Source of the DNA: Craspedostauros australis | Lineage: Eukaryota | NCBI GenBank assembly: GCA_030167865.1 | Contig: JALAGF010005545.1 | Span: forward strand, 1 to 64,000 | Length of the DNA: 64,000 nt | Direction of reading: 5' to 3' | Part shown: positions 31,020 to 44,083 of the stretch, piece by piece | How positions within the stretch are numbered: the stretch's first letter is position 1 | Layout: each line of letters begins with the position of its first letter | Position numbers and translations under genes: made by a program | Notes under the pieces: generated by a model | The model's input: the letters and a program-made list of their open reading frames with translations, nothing else | The model's database searches: none | What the model was told of the DNA's origin: nothing

Positions 31020-34000
31020 ATGCAGACGTCGCAGCCACCTCCTGCACAGCAGATGCAGCCCGCTCCGGCAGCTCCTCAGGCTCCCAACCAGCAGCAACTC
31101 CTCGCTGCACCTGCTCCCCAACCAATGATGCAGCATACGCAGTACTCCGGGCAACCCCAGTACCAGCCACAACAGCAACAACAGCAGGCTCCTCCACCGC
31201 AACAACAGCATCAGCAACAACAACAACAACAACAACAGCAGCACCAACCTTTGCCTCCTGTCCAGTACCAAAACCAGCCTCCGCAACAGCACCGGCAACA
31301 ACAACAACAACAGCCGCAGCAGCAGCAACAACAACAACAGGCGCCATTGCCCCCTCAGCAAATGCAACAACAGCAGCAGCAGTACCGACCACAGCAGCAG
31401 CAGCAGCAGCAGCCCCAACCGGGTGTCCATCCTCCACCAGTCCAGCAGCAGAATCAGTTTCCCAACCAAGGCTTGGCGGGCGGATGGCAAAGCGAACGGG
31501 ATTATCAGGAAAGGAGAACGATGATTGCCAAAATGTGAGTCCTTCCCTCAGAACTGAGTAGCAGCCAATGATGGAATGATCGTCAGTCAAGCCATCCCTC
31601 AATCAGCAGATTGAGTGCTGGTCAACGTGCACCACACGCAATTTGTTCGTGCATATCCGCGCATGGCTTGGGGATGCTTGCAAAGAGCCTCAAAACTTTT
31701 GCAGCAAAGCAGAATGTGCAGAAATGGCTTCGATCAAACGAAGTGTGGCGTCATCCTGTGAACTCTTTGGGCTTTGGTCTTCGTGAAGAATTGTATTCGT
31801 GGTGCTCAACATCGCAAAACGCAAACGCACCGTTTGAAACGATCTTTCCTCCCACTTCTCACAATTGCGATCTTCCCATTTTATATTTCGACTCTCTCTC
31901 TCGCTGTCCTCGTAGTGTCACGCTTTTGCGTCAACGGAAGCCCCACGCTCCGAAGGAATGGTTTCAGAAGCTGCCAAACATGGCGAAGCGACTCGAGGAA
32001 CAGTTGTACCGATCCGCCAACTCGTTCGACGACTACAAGAATACAACGACGCTGAAGCAAAGATTGCAACAACTTGCTGCCAGCATCGGCCAGAGAACTC
32101 AACGAATGCAGCAGGCACAACGCCGATCCAGAGCCCAACAGCAACAGCGCCAGCAGCAGCAACAACAACAACAACAACGAGCGCCAGCTCAGGGCATGAT
32201 GCAACAGCGCGGAGCCGCTCAACCTCTTCAGCAGGCACCGCCGCAACCCAGGATGCAACAGCCTCTGCCACAGCAGCAGCAAATGCAACAGCCTGGAGCG
32301 CGCATCTTAAGTGTCGCAGATATCAACCCGATCATGGGCCAGCCTCAGCAGCAGCAACCACCTCAACAGCAGCAGCAACAGCCGCACCCACCTCAGCAGC
32401 AGCAGCAGCAGCTGATGAGACAGCCAGCCCCTGCGCCAGCCCCAATGCATACAGCCCCAATGCCGGTGGCATACCAATCCCATCAACAGCAGCAGCCTCA
32501 ACAGCAACAACAGCAAGTGCCACCACCTCAGCAGCCGCAGCAACAGCAGGTGCCACCACCCCGGTCGCAACGCCAACCACAACCAACGGCACCAACATCT
32601 TCATCATCGGGCGGCGGTAGAACACGACAGATTACAGATCGTCAGCAGGTGTTGCGACACCAACAGCAAAGGCTGTTGCTCCTGCGACATGCTGCCAAGT
32701 GCCAGCACGAGGATGGTGGGTGCCCCGTGACCCCGCACTGCGCCGGGATGAAGCGCCTATGGAAGCACATTGCCGAATGCAAGGATCAAAAGTGCCTCGT
32801 GCCACACTGCGTGAGTTCACGATACGTACTGAGTCACTATCATCGCTGCAAGGATGTCCGTTGCCCAGTTTGCGGTCCTGTGAGGGAGGCGATTCATCGC
32901 AGCCATGAGAAACAGAAGCAGATTCAGGCCATAAAGCAGCGACAGCAACAGGCAGCTCAGAGAGCCCCGGTTCCCGCAACAGCAGCGGCACCGCCGCAGC
33001 CGTTGATGCAGCAGCCGATGAAGCCATTGCCAGCAGGCGTCCCACCAGCCCCAATCATGCCGGTAAGCGAGCCTCCGACGAAGCGGCAGAAGATTACAGC
33101 ACCGCAATCGCTCAGTCGCCCACCAGCACTCCAAGCACAGCAACCGATCCCGCAGCAACCCGTGGTTTCGCAACAGCCACTTCACCAACCGCCATCAGGG
33201 CAGATCTCTCCTGCGGGGCAGGCGCAGGCAAACAGTGGCTATGTATATAGCAATGGCGGGGTCGTGCCAGTTGCACCCGCGACGGGAGCAGCCGCTGCTC
33301 CCAATGCAGCGCCAACAGCGAACGGTGCGAAGCCACAGATCGCCACCGTACCAGGCATCGCATTCGCAAATGGTCAAGTGATCATGCCAAAGCACACAGG
33401 TCCAAAGCCACAGGAGGATCACACCTTGATCAACTGCTTCTCAATCCAACAAATCGAGCTGCACATCGAATCTCTCAACAGGGGACTGCAGCTGTCTCCG
33501 CAGAAGCTGAAGACAAAGTGTCTGGAAGTGCTGAAGATCCTTCAGGGTCATCTGCACGGGTGGGTGTTCAACACCCCAGTCGACCCTGTGGAACTCGGAC
33601 TTCCGGACTACTTCGAAGTGATTCGCAAGCCGATGGATCTTGGAACCATTCGAAAGAAGCTGGAAAACGGCTGTTATCATTCCTTGGAGCAGTTCGAGGG
33701 GCATGTCCACTTGACCTTCGACAACGCAATGCTGTACAATCCGGAAGGTTCGGTAGTGTACAACATGGCAAAGGAGATGAAGACCAAGTTCGATCAGGAT
33801 TACGCCGTCCTCATCGATCAGCTGAATGCAGAGGAAGATATCAAACGCAAGAGAGGCGAAGCTTGTTTGCTGTGCGGGTGCGAGAAGCTGTTGTTTGAAC
33901 CTCCCGTGTTCTACTGCAACGGTCTCAACTGTCCATCGAAGCGAATCCGCAGGAACAGCTACTACTACGTTGGAGGGAATAACCAGTATCACTGGTGCCA

Positions 34001-37000
34001 TCAGTGCTACCAGGATCTGAAGGGTGGCAAGCCCATCGACCTCATGGACGTCACCATCAAGAAGGATCAGCTCGTCAAGAAGAAGAACGACGAGGTGCAC
34101 GAGGAGAGCTGGGTGCAGTGCGATCGTTGCGAGCGGTGGATTCATCAGATCTGCGCATTGTTCAACACGAGACAGAACAAGGATCAGCGCTCCGAATACG
34201 CCTGTCCACGATGCACTATCGAAGAGAGGAAGAAGAACAGCAAGCCTGATGCAACCTCATGCACACCAATGGCAGAGGATCTGCAGAGAACGAAGCTTTC
34301 CGAATACCTTGAGCATCACGTTCGCGTGAAGACCAAGGTTCGTGTCGAGGAAATGGCGAAAGAGAAAAGCGAAGCTGAGGTAAGCTTGTCGAGATGATTG
34401 ATGATGCGGCGCAGATGATGCTGGCAACAAAACTATGTGCTCTGCTTTTATTCATCCACAAAGGATATCATTGTCTTCGTCACGACCGCCACCGCCACCG
34501 TCGAGGACAATAACAATGCCATACCAATACCAACGTCATCAGCCATGCACTCACATCCATGCTCGCACTTCACTCAAACCGGATCCACACTTATTACCTT
34601 TCCTAATTTGTCGACATCAATTGTGCTCGCTGCCATTGCTCGCACTCTGCAGAAAATATCCATGGAGGAAGCCACGAAGCTTGTTGGGATGGGCGGAGCG
34701 ATCACGATTCGTCAGGTCACTTCGATGGACCGCAAGCTGGACGTCCGAGATCGGATGAGGAAGCGATACGCCTTCAAGAACTACCCTCACGAATTCAGCT
34801 TCCGGTGCAAGTGCATCATCGTGTTCCAGAATCTTGATGGCGTCGATGTCATCCTCTTCGGTTTGTACGTGTACGAGCATGACGAGAACAACCCGCCGCC
34901 CAACCAACGTTGTGTGTACGTGTCGTACCTCGACAGCGTTCATTTCATGAGACCGAGACAGATGAGAACGTTCGTGTACCATGAGATCCTTATCGCATAC
35001 TTGGACTACGTGAGGAAGCGCGGGTTCTCCACCGCACATATCTGGGCGTGTCCACCGCTGAAGGGTGATGACTATATCCTGTACGCGAAGCCTGAGGACC
35101 AAAAGACCCCGAAGGACGACCGTCTGCGGCAGTGGTACATCGACATGCTCATCGAATCTCAAAAGCGCGGCGTCGTCGGAAGACTCACCAACATGTACGA
35201 TCTGTACTTCAAGAACGACAACCACGATGCAACCATCATCCCGTACATGGACGGTGACTACTTCCCAGCTGAGGCTGAGAACATCATCAAGGACATCCAA
35301 GAGGGTAAGACCGGCAAGAAGGGCGGTTCGCAAGGCAAGAAGAAGAAGAACTCCGGCAGCAAATCAAAGAAGAAGAAATCCGGACGTGGTGGCACCCGCT
35401 CGGCAGGTCTTGACGAGGAGGCGCTGAAAGCCAGCGGCATCGTCCCGGCCGGGAAGGACCAAAAGAGTCTGGAGGAGGGTGGTCGCGACTATGTCATGGT
35501 CAGGCTTGGGGAGACCATTCAGCCGATGAAGGAGAGTTTCATCGTCGCTTTCCTGACATGGGATGGAGCGAGGGATGAGGATTTGGTCGTGCCCAAGGAG
35601 ATTCAAGAATACCGAGACAGGCACAACATCGTCTCGCGGAAGCCGAAGAAGGCAGCACTGGCTATCGAGAATGGAGAGGCAGCACCTCCGAAGGTGGATG
35701 GAGCAGCGAAGGATCCACTCGCAGCGCCAGTAGCTGCTACTGCACAAGCGACTCCGGCAGCAACAACAACGACAACAACAGCAGCAGTCCCAACAGCAGC
35801 CACCCCAGAGAATGGAAGCAAACCACCACCCGAAAATGCACAAAAACCAACAGCGAACGGCGCTTCCACGTCTGCGCCTGGCACTGCCACTACCATAGCG
35901 AACGGGACAGAAGCTTCAACCGCTGCAGGTGCGAGGCAGAATGCTACAGCGGACAAGCCAGCAGCTGCAACATCGTCATCGGATGCAGCGCCAATGGAGG
36001 TTGAGAAGACTGAGAATGTGAAGCCCAAGACAGAAGAATCAACCAAACAAGCCGATGGCGGCGTATCATCAGCGACGGCTGCTGCCACTACCGGAACTCC
36101 TTCTGCTCCCGGCACAGATGCAAGCACGGGACCATCACTAAATCCTGTCCCGCAAGCGGCTGACAGCACATCTACGAAGCCGAGCACCGACGTCAACGGG
36201 CAAGCAGCAATGGGTACAGCTGCAGCATCGGCATCAGACAACCCTGCAGACAATGGTGCCAAGCCTGCCACGAACGGCAACGGAGTGAAGATGGAGGTTG
36301 ATACAGTACAGACGGACACATTCGCAAGCGTTGGCAAGAAAGGAGCACCGACGAAAAGTGCAGCTCATGGTGCTGCTCCTCCTGATCCAAGCCCAGGCTC
36401 CACGGCGGCTCCATCCTCGGCAGCTTCCAGCAACGCCCAAGCACAAGGCCCAGCTACCGCATCCTCATCTGCACCAACGACAGCGGCAGCAAAGCCAGCC
36501 CAGGAAATCTCAGCATCGCAGATGCAGACACAGGCGCAAGCTGACCAAACAAATAAAGATAGTCAGGCACCAGCTTCGCTCCAGGGCGTGGCCAAGGTCA
36601 AGCTCGAGGGTCAAGCACTTCCTACCGAAGCGGACTCGTCACAAAGCAAGGACTTGGACGCGAATAGTGCGGCACAGAAAATCACAACCATGCAAGAAAG
36701 GAAAGGCAAGTTCGCAGCGATGGCCCGCAAGCGAGGACGGCCAGACTCAGACCAAGAAAAGGAGACAGAAAAGGAACCCCCGAAACCGAAGGAACCGACG
36801 ACAATCACTGTCAAGGACAGCAAGGGTAGGATGGTGAAGGTCATCGACGATGACGCCGAGGAGATGGATTGCGAGTTCTTGAACAATCGCCAGGCCTTCC
36901 TCAACCTTTGCCAAGGCAATCACTACCAGTTCGACCAGCTGCGACGTGCGAAGCACTCATCCATGATGGTCCTCTGGCATCTCCACAACCGTGACGCGCC

Positions 37001-37529
37001 CAAGTTCGTCCAGCAATGCGCGACGTGTTCGCGTGAGATCTTGACGGGGCATCGATTCCACTGCCCAACCTGCGCCGATTTCGATCAGTGCCAGGAGTGC
37101 ATTTCGAATCCTAAGGTTCCACGGCATCCGCATCCTCTCAAGCCGATCCCAGTGGCCACTGGACAGCAGAGCGAGCTGACCGCAGCACAGCGCAAGGAAC
37201 GCAAACGCAGCATTCAGCTGCACATGACACTGCTCCTCCACGCGGCGACGTGCACGTCGCCGAAGTGCCCATCTGCCAACTGCACGAAGATGAAGGGTCT
37301 GTTCAAGCACGGTGCGCAGTGCCAGACCAAGGCGACAGGCGGTTGCAACATCTGCAAGCGCATTTGGGCCCTGCTCCAAATCCACGCCCGGCAATGCAAG
37401 GCCGACACCTGCCCTGTCCCGAACTGCATGGCGATTCGCGAACGTGTGCGTCAGCTGAAGGCGCAGCAGCAAGCCATGGACGACAGACGCCGGCAAGAGA
37501 TGAATCGCGTTTACAGAGGCGGAAGGTAA
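31020..37529 (+). CDS. CBP/p300-family (KAT3) histone acetyltransferase, paralogue 1; about 1951 aa, 3 exons
   Basis: Exons 31020-31534, 31916-34379 and 34653-37529. Q/P-rich N-terminus, KIX-like helix bundle, TAZ, bromodomain ([19 protein letters not shown]), RING/PHD, HAT ([28 protein letters not shown]), ZZ and TAZ. Confidence 0.95.
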
Positions 37530-38172
37530 GCTGCCGGTACGAGTAGTAACAGCTAAACATCCAACACACAATCAGGGAAAACATGCAGGTTAAACTGTGT
37601 TCGTGCGTGTGCTCTTCATCGAGCAGCACTTTGTTTTCTTCATGTAGTGTTGCTAGTGCACACGTTGGTACGAGTACGCGTCGAGTCCGAGTATGGTATT
37701 GCGCGTGTTGCCTCGTACTCTGCTCTGCTACTGATTGTCTTCACAGTGTTGGCAGGAGAGCAGCAGGAGTACCTATTGCATGTAATATGAAGATAATGCA
37801 ACGTCAGAGTATACTCTAGAATATTATATTCTCGAGCATAATGCATTAGTATACTTATACTGGTAGTAGTGTGTTGCTGGCGCTCTCTCCACCTTGGGCG
37901 GGCCCATAGCGACCAAAGTGCAGCCTCAGATGTTGGATGAGCAAACAAAGATGCGGTGGAGTAGGTGCGCAGGTACATCGGCACATACTCTGGAGTTGTA
38001 TGATGTGGTGCGTAGTGGTGATTGCCGTTCTCCGAACCGAAATGCCGTGCAGGGTTCGTTGGAACGGCTTGTGGGTGCGCCTCTGCTTTTTTGTTCACAA
38101 CAGCTGCACACGTCCGCGCAAAACATGACGTTGTGTTCGCACGACCATGATCGCACCATTCCTCCTTTCTCC

Positions 38173-40209
38173 TCACGCATTGAAAATCTTGCCATCGACC
38201 GATTTGTCTTCGTCGGGCTTCTCGGCACGCTTGATGCCCGTTTGCGGAGCTGCCGGCGCAGGCGGTTGGTTGTGTCCGTTGACCTGCTCCGCCAACTTGC
38301 GAATAATGAGACCCTGTTCCTCCACCTGACGTCGCAGTCGCTGCAGTTCTTGCGCTTCGTCAAGCTTGTTGCTCTCGGAGTTGCTGTCGTCCTTCGTGTC
38401 GTTTGCGGGTGCGTCCGCGTCATCGCCAGGCTCGTCCTCTTGCACGGATGGCGGGATGTTGCGACCATTGTTGTTGCTGATACCGTTGGCTGCCTTGTTG
38501 TTCTTGGCGGCGCTTTCGATGGCCTCGGCAACCTTGACGTTTGCATTCTTCTGCCGTCGCAGCATTTCGCGTCCCTTGCGCAATGCTCGTGGGCCGTCCC
38601 AGAAATGATCCGGATGGTAGCCAGAGTACATGGTGATGAGCGCCTCGTTGTATTGCGCCATGAGGGTGACAAGGGGAAGTTCGTTGGGCACGTTGCGGAA
38701 TGGGCTCTCCAATTCTCTGGCGACCTCGTCGATGCCGGCGAGGCACATGATGACGCCGAAGGTGAGCAGGGATCCCAGCCAGACATCGTGGGTGTATTGA
38801 TCCATGAGGAGGGCGACGAGCGGGATGATGAGCCAAACGAAGAGGACGGAGATCTGCGAATGCACGAAGGGGAAGGGTATGTACCGGACCTTCCTGGCGT
38901 GGTTGTAGTGGATCATTCCGTCACCCAAAAACTGAATGACGCGGGAGATGATGGGCGGACCGACCTTGCCCGTGGAGCCGGCGAGATGCTCGCGGATGGA
39001 GAATTCGGACAGCCACTGCCAGCAGAGCTGTGTCTTGGCGTAGGGCCCTCTGGCCATGTTGAGGAATTTAATTTCCGCATCGGAGACGCCGCCAATGACC
39101 GGGAGCGGTCGCGCCGCGGTGTATCGCAGACGTTCGTCGGGCGTTCTCGCCACGCCGAAGAATCCCAGGACGATCCTCCACATGGCCTGGATGCCGGTGA
39201 CCTGCAGCGCCTCATCCTTGTCGGGATCCACCTCGGGCCAGGGCGAACCGGGCTCGTGGAAATCCAAGGGCGATTCCACGCCGTCTGTGTCATTTCTGAG
39301 GGTCGCCAACGCGACGGCGGTCATGAGGGAGGATAGATGCGCCAGCTCCTGCAGGAAGAGCGGTGGGGTGCGACCTCCGGCCACGCTGGCAAATCCAGCG
39401 ACGTCGAATTGCCACGGATTCTGCGGATCGCAGAAGGTGGCGTCGCCGTTGTTGAAGAGCTTGCCCCAGTTTCCATCCAGCCTTGGCTTTCCCATGAGCG
39501 GCCTGGGCTTGCCGTACTCCGTCGCGTTGGAATCGAGGTAGCCGTTGACGGCCTCCTCGTCCGGGTCGAAGTGCTCGTCCCTCGTTTCCCCCAGGGATCC
39601 GACATGTTCCTGGCGCTTGCGTTCGTCGAAGAGGGTGCGGAGAGACTTGGCGCTGGAGCGGACGACGCGCACGGAATGGAATTTGTCCTGCGCTTCCATC
39701 GAAGAGCTGAATTGCGATGTTTTTGAGTTGGTGGGCTCCCTGATGCGTTCCGAGCTCTCGGATGCATCGAAGCCGCGCTTGCGGTCTCTGGTGAGGTACA
39801 TGGAGTCGAGCTCCGGGTATTCGAAGTAGCTGGGTGGCTTGATGTCCTCATAATGCGCGCATTGCAAATGGTAGATGGCCATGTGGGAGGTGGCGTCCAT
39901 CCACTTGCTCATCATGTGATGCACGGCGCCTGTGGCCTCCCAGTAACGCGCGTAGCCCTGGTTGGCGCGGAAGACGAGGAGGAAGGTGGTGGAGCTGACC
40001 AGGACGCCCAGCGCGTACGGATGCTGAACTTCGTCGTTGTTGGCCTTGTCGTGCACCGTGGACATGCTCTCGCCATCGTTGTCAGTGAAGCGGATGATGA
40101 GATACAAGCCGACGGCCACCAGGCTTGGGAAGACGGAGCGGTACACGGCCGAACCGTGCACTCGGAATATCAGGTTCAGCCCGAAGGCGGATCTGTTGTA
40201 GATGATCAT
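38173..40209 (-). CDS. Bestrophin-family (UPF0187/YneE-like) anion channel, about 678 aa
   Basis: LIFRVHGS, LLVFRANQGYARYWEA, IPFPFVHSQ and EVARELESPFRNVPNELP; four TM segments. Likely start MIIYNR at 40209. Confidence 0.88.
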   Translation of the reverse strand: MIIYNRSAFGLNLIFRVHGSAVYRSVFPSLVAVGLYLIIRFTDNDGESMSTVHDKANNDEVQHPYALGVLVSSTTFLLVFRANQGYARYWEATGAVHHMMSKWMDATSHMAIYHLQCAHYEDIKPPSYFEYPELDSMYLTRDRKRGFDASESSERIREPTNSKTSQFSSSMEAQDKFHSVRVVRSSAKSLRTLFDERKRQEHVGSLGETRDEHFDPDEEAVNGYLDSNATEYGKPRPLMGKPRLDGNWGKLFNNGDATFCDPQNPWQFDVAGFASVAGGRTPPLFLQELAHLSSLMTAVALATLRNDTDGVESPLDFHEPGSPWPEVDPDKDEALQVTGIQAMWRIVLGFFGVARTPDERLRYTAARPLPVIGGVSDAEIKFLNMARGPYAKTQLCWQWLSEFSIREHLAGSTGKVGPPIISRVIQFLGDGMIHYNHARKVRYIPFPFVHSQISVLFVWLIIPLVALLMDQYTHDVWLGSLLTFGVIMCLAGIDEVARELESPFRNVPNELPLVTLMAQYNEALITMYSGYHPDHFWDGPRALRKGREMLRRQKNANVKVAEAIESAAKNNKAANGISNNNGRNIPPSVQEDEPGDDADAPANDTKDDSNSESNKLDEAQELQRLRRQVEEQGLIIRKLAEQVNGHNQPPAPAAPQTGIKRAEKPDEDKSVDGKIFNA

Positions 40210-41397
40210 GGTGTTGCCACTGTCGTTGCTATATTCTCCGAGGATGCTGATGGATTTAGATGGATTCGGATGGAGTGCTTGTGTGAAGTGTGCGTAATAG
40301 AGCAACCGGATCTGAGAGTTGTGCTCTGTTCTGCCTGTGCAGAATGTGCAATTGCCCTCTTGCTGCCTCTCTCGCTCTCTCTGTCTCTCTATCCGTCTGT
40401 CTATCGGTCTGTCTACCTCGATCGATTCGTCTATCTCTGCCCAACTCAACTCGCTCGTGATGTTGCTCGTGATGTAGCTTGTGATGATGTGATACGAGTG
40501 AACGAATGAGACCCTTGATTAGATAATAGATTGCTGGTGCGTGTGCGTTTGTGCGATGTGTGTCAAGGAGAGCGATGAGATCCGTTTCTGTGGCAACAAT
40601 GCTGCGCTGATGCAGAGAGCGATTGCTGGAAGAAGCGAACTGTGGTTCGAAATGGAAAGAAGATGGCGGCAGCTTCTTGCTTGCGGACCAACGATCTTCA
40701 ACTGCTCGCTCGCAAATGCCGGCGTGCAAAACGATCACCTCTCTTGCTCCACTTTGGATTTTATATGTTCGTATGCTCTGCGTTGCGGTGCAATCACTCT
40801 TATTCTGCTCTGCGTTGCCAATTGATGTGTTCTTTTTGTTGTCGGTGCAAATTGGATCGTTTGTTGGTGGACGGTTCAAGAAGTTGTCGGGCAGTTTTGC
40901 GCGCGAGAGTTTTGGCGGCTGCAACGCGACGTGCTGGGACATCCGTCCATGGTGGTCGTTTCCTTCCCTCTTCTCTGTTTCGCGCTTTGCGCACGCTTTC
41001 ATGCGGGCTGCCACCATCACGGGAAAGACGCGACAGACTGATACCTTCGCACACTTCTCCCTCCATCGTGCCTCGTTCCTTCCTTGTCCGGAAAACTCGG
41101 CTGTTTGGCGCATCGATCGCGCGCAGTCCACCAAGGCGGGACACAAAGGAGCGGAAGCCCACCAGAGACGTGAGCATTTCATCATTCGTGTTTTCTACGT
41201 GCTCTGATTGGCTCGATCTTGTCTCGTGGGACCGATAGCTCATTGTTTTGTTGACCAATCATTCAAGACTTGATTCAATCCCGGTGAAACAAGTCGATCG
41301 CGCAAAAAGACCTCGGACTTCCCTCGCGCGTCCGGAACAAGACTGTGAAAGTGCCTCGTAGTTTGGATCGCAACGGGGAGACCGACAGACAGCGTGC

Positions 41398-41405
41398 GAG
41401 ATTCG
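41398..41405 (-). promoter_or_regulatory. Candidate PSR (phosphate starvation response) binding motif CGAATCTC
   Basis: Matches YGAATCTH; two further GAATCT cores at 41446-41453 and 41566-41573; lies just upstream of the purple acid phosphatase. Confidence 0.35.
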
Positions 41406-41533
41406 TGGTTGGCACATGATCTGAATGTTCTTTCTGCACATCGCGAAGATTCTTTCGATCTCATTGGCTGCCATCATCATCATCCATCATCACCCTCCAC
41501 CCAAAAGCATCAAGAGGGCAACGGCAAGAGAGG

Positions 41534-43705
41534 ATGGTGCGAGATCTCCCGCTGGCGGCTCCGCCTGAATCTGCACACAGCGGCGCTGTGGAGGAAATGC
41601 AGGGCGGCGGCAACGAGATGGTTCTCCTCAAAAATTCAGCTGGTGTGTGGACAGATCACAACAAGAGCAGCAGCAGCACTAACAGCAGCAATAACAGCAA
41701 CAGCACTAGCAGCAGCAGCAGCAGCAGCAATAACAGCAGCAGCAATAACAGCAACCTCATGTTGGTGTACTCTCACAATGTCAAGGCCAACCCTCGGTCA
41801 ACGAAGGCCGTAGTCGTCAGGCGGGCCTTCATGATGTGTTCGTTGGGCGTCGTTTTCTTGGCATCCATCCTCGACTCGATTTCCAACCATCGCCACCTTG
41901 CCCCCAATGCCGCAACCAAGACCAAGACCACGAATGGCGCCTCGGGACCATTCGCACACAAGTCTGTTCAGCATCAGCAACGGCATGCCAGCTGGGAGGA
42001 CCTCCAGCAGTCGGCCTTCGACAATCATCTCTATCAGGTCATGGACGATCCGTACCTCTCCTACCCATGCCTGCCGCGCAAGATCCATGTCGCGCAGCGC
42101 AACAACGTCGATGCCGCCACCAACCTCGTCGACATGACCCTGTCCTTCGCGCTGGACTTCGAGCAATGCCAGAACGTCACTTCCACCATCACCTATGGTC
42201 GGGGTCTCTTCGGGGAAGGCAGCACGGTGCAGGTCGATGTCGAGCCCAACCAGTTCCGATTCCATTCCGAAATCACGCAGGAACACTACCAGAGCGATTG
42301 GATTTATCATGTCCACATCCCAGATGTGCAGGCGGGAGAGCAGAGGTACTGGTATCAAATCACGGTGCAACGACAACCCCCCAGCACCGAACGTCATCGT
42401 CATGCCGCCCAACTCGATCACGATGGTCTCTTGAGGTCCACGGCTCGCAAGAACTTGCTGGGCGAGACGACGACGATGGGATTTGTGACGCCACCATCAC
42501 CTGGAGCACCCTCCACCTTGGCCTTGGTTGGGGATTTGGGACAGACCGAGAACTCCACCAAGACGATGAATCACGTCCTGCGCGGCACGCCCAGCTGGTG
42601 GTCGCCATTCTTCAACGAACGCCCCATCACGACCATCTTGATTGCAGGGGATCTGTCCTACGCCGACGCCGAACCGCAACGATGGGATCGGTGGTTGGAT
42701 CTCATGGTGAGTTCTGTGCGATTGTGTGTGATTGTGTGTGACAAAGTGACAACGTGTGGTGAGCTACGGCATGACCAGTTTGGATTGAATCGATACATAT
42801 CCCCACTCATCGACCCGCTTGCTCATACCAATACATGTATCTATCATACTCTGCATACGCACTGATCATCTCCGATCATTGCAAACACCACATCTGACGA
42901 CAAACTAATCCAGGAACCGCTCCTGAGCAGCACCCCGATGCAATCGGTACCGGGCAATCATGAAGTCGAGTGCGACAACACCACCGGCGACGTATTCGTG
43001 CCGTATGAAAACACGTTTTACAATCCAAATCGCATTGGACCGCCCGATACCCAACCAGTCGCCGAGGAACAACGCTTAACATTGAAGCGGCAATCCTGCC
43101 GATTTCCATCAATCTTCCTGGGACATTACAATTTTGGTAATGCGTTCTATTCCTTTATCCATGGACTCGTGCATGTCATTGCTCTCAACTCCTACACCGA
43201 CACCGGCATCGGTTCCCCGCAGTACACATGGCTTGAGAAGCTGTTGGAAACCGAGGTGGACAGGGAAGTCACGCCCTGGGTCTTGGTCATGCTCCATTGC
43301 CCCCTCCACACATCAGTCTCCGGTCACATCAACGGAACCAACTCAGTCCTGATGTTGGAAAACATGGAGCCATTGTTCGTGCAGTACGGCATCAACTTCG
43401 TCGTCTCCGGTCACGACCATTCGTACCTGCGAACGCACCCCATGGTGGGCACCGAGCGTGATCCGACCGGAAAGGGACCCATCTACCTCACCCTGGGCGC
43501 GGGCGGCAATCGCGAACAGCATCCCGCTGGTTTCATCCATGACGAACCAGAAGACTGGGTTGCCAAGCGTGATAACATGGAATATGGCTTCGGGAAGCTG
43601 TACGTCGCCAACGCCACCCACGCACGTTTCCGATGGGTGCGGGATGGCACCACGCAAGAGGGTGTCAACGACGATGTTTGGTTGCAGAATCAACTGTACA
43701 AATGA
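41534..43705 (+). CDS. Purple acid phosphatase with an N-terminal membrane anchor; about 654 aa, 2 exons
   Basis: Exons 41534-42706 and 42914-43705. Metal-ligand motifs GDLG, GDLSYAD, GNHE, VMLH and GHDHSY; FN3-like N-domain; TM segment AFMMCSLGVVFLASIL. Confidence 0.92.
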
Positions 43706-44083
43706 GAGTTTGTGCAAATGCTCAATAAAAGAGTACTCTACGACTGTGATACCATGTTGTACATCATTGAACAATGCCGCGATGGTCACCATTGAAGGAG
43801 CACACAGCTACTCACTCAACACAGAAGTGGAAATCGTTGTCGAGCAGCATGTCAACGGTGGAGTTTGGAGTAGAGCACCACAGCATGGATCTTGGTAGAC
43901 TTACATATTATACATCGTAACATTAGTACGTTACCAACAAGTAACGAACACAGCAAATCATCATTTTGATTACAATTACTCGTCTGACAGCGCTGCGACG
44001 CGATTCTTCATTTAGCGGGGCGACATCCATCTCGCTCATCACGTCCTGTCACATCACCGAAGGCTCCTGCTGCCTCAACATCA

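Noticed and set aside
31611..31915. N-terminal extensions of ORF-track entries (also 34437-34652, 8935-9062, 46955-47143, 53130-53306)
   Set aside because: These are intron sequence that happens to be open in frame; canonical GT..AG boundaries give coherent proteins without them.
31020..32620. CAG/CAA arrays as a CRISPR-like or non-coding repeat system
   Set aside because: They are in-frame polyQ tracts of the CBP coding region. No repeat-spacer array, tRNA or rRNA was recognised in the window.
37894..39336. 480-aa plus-strand ORF
   Set aside because: Antisense shadow of bestrophin, caused by codon bias.
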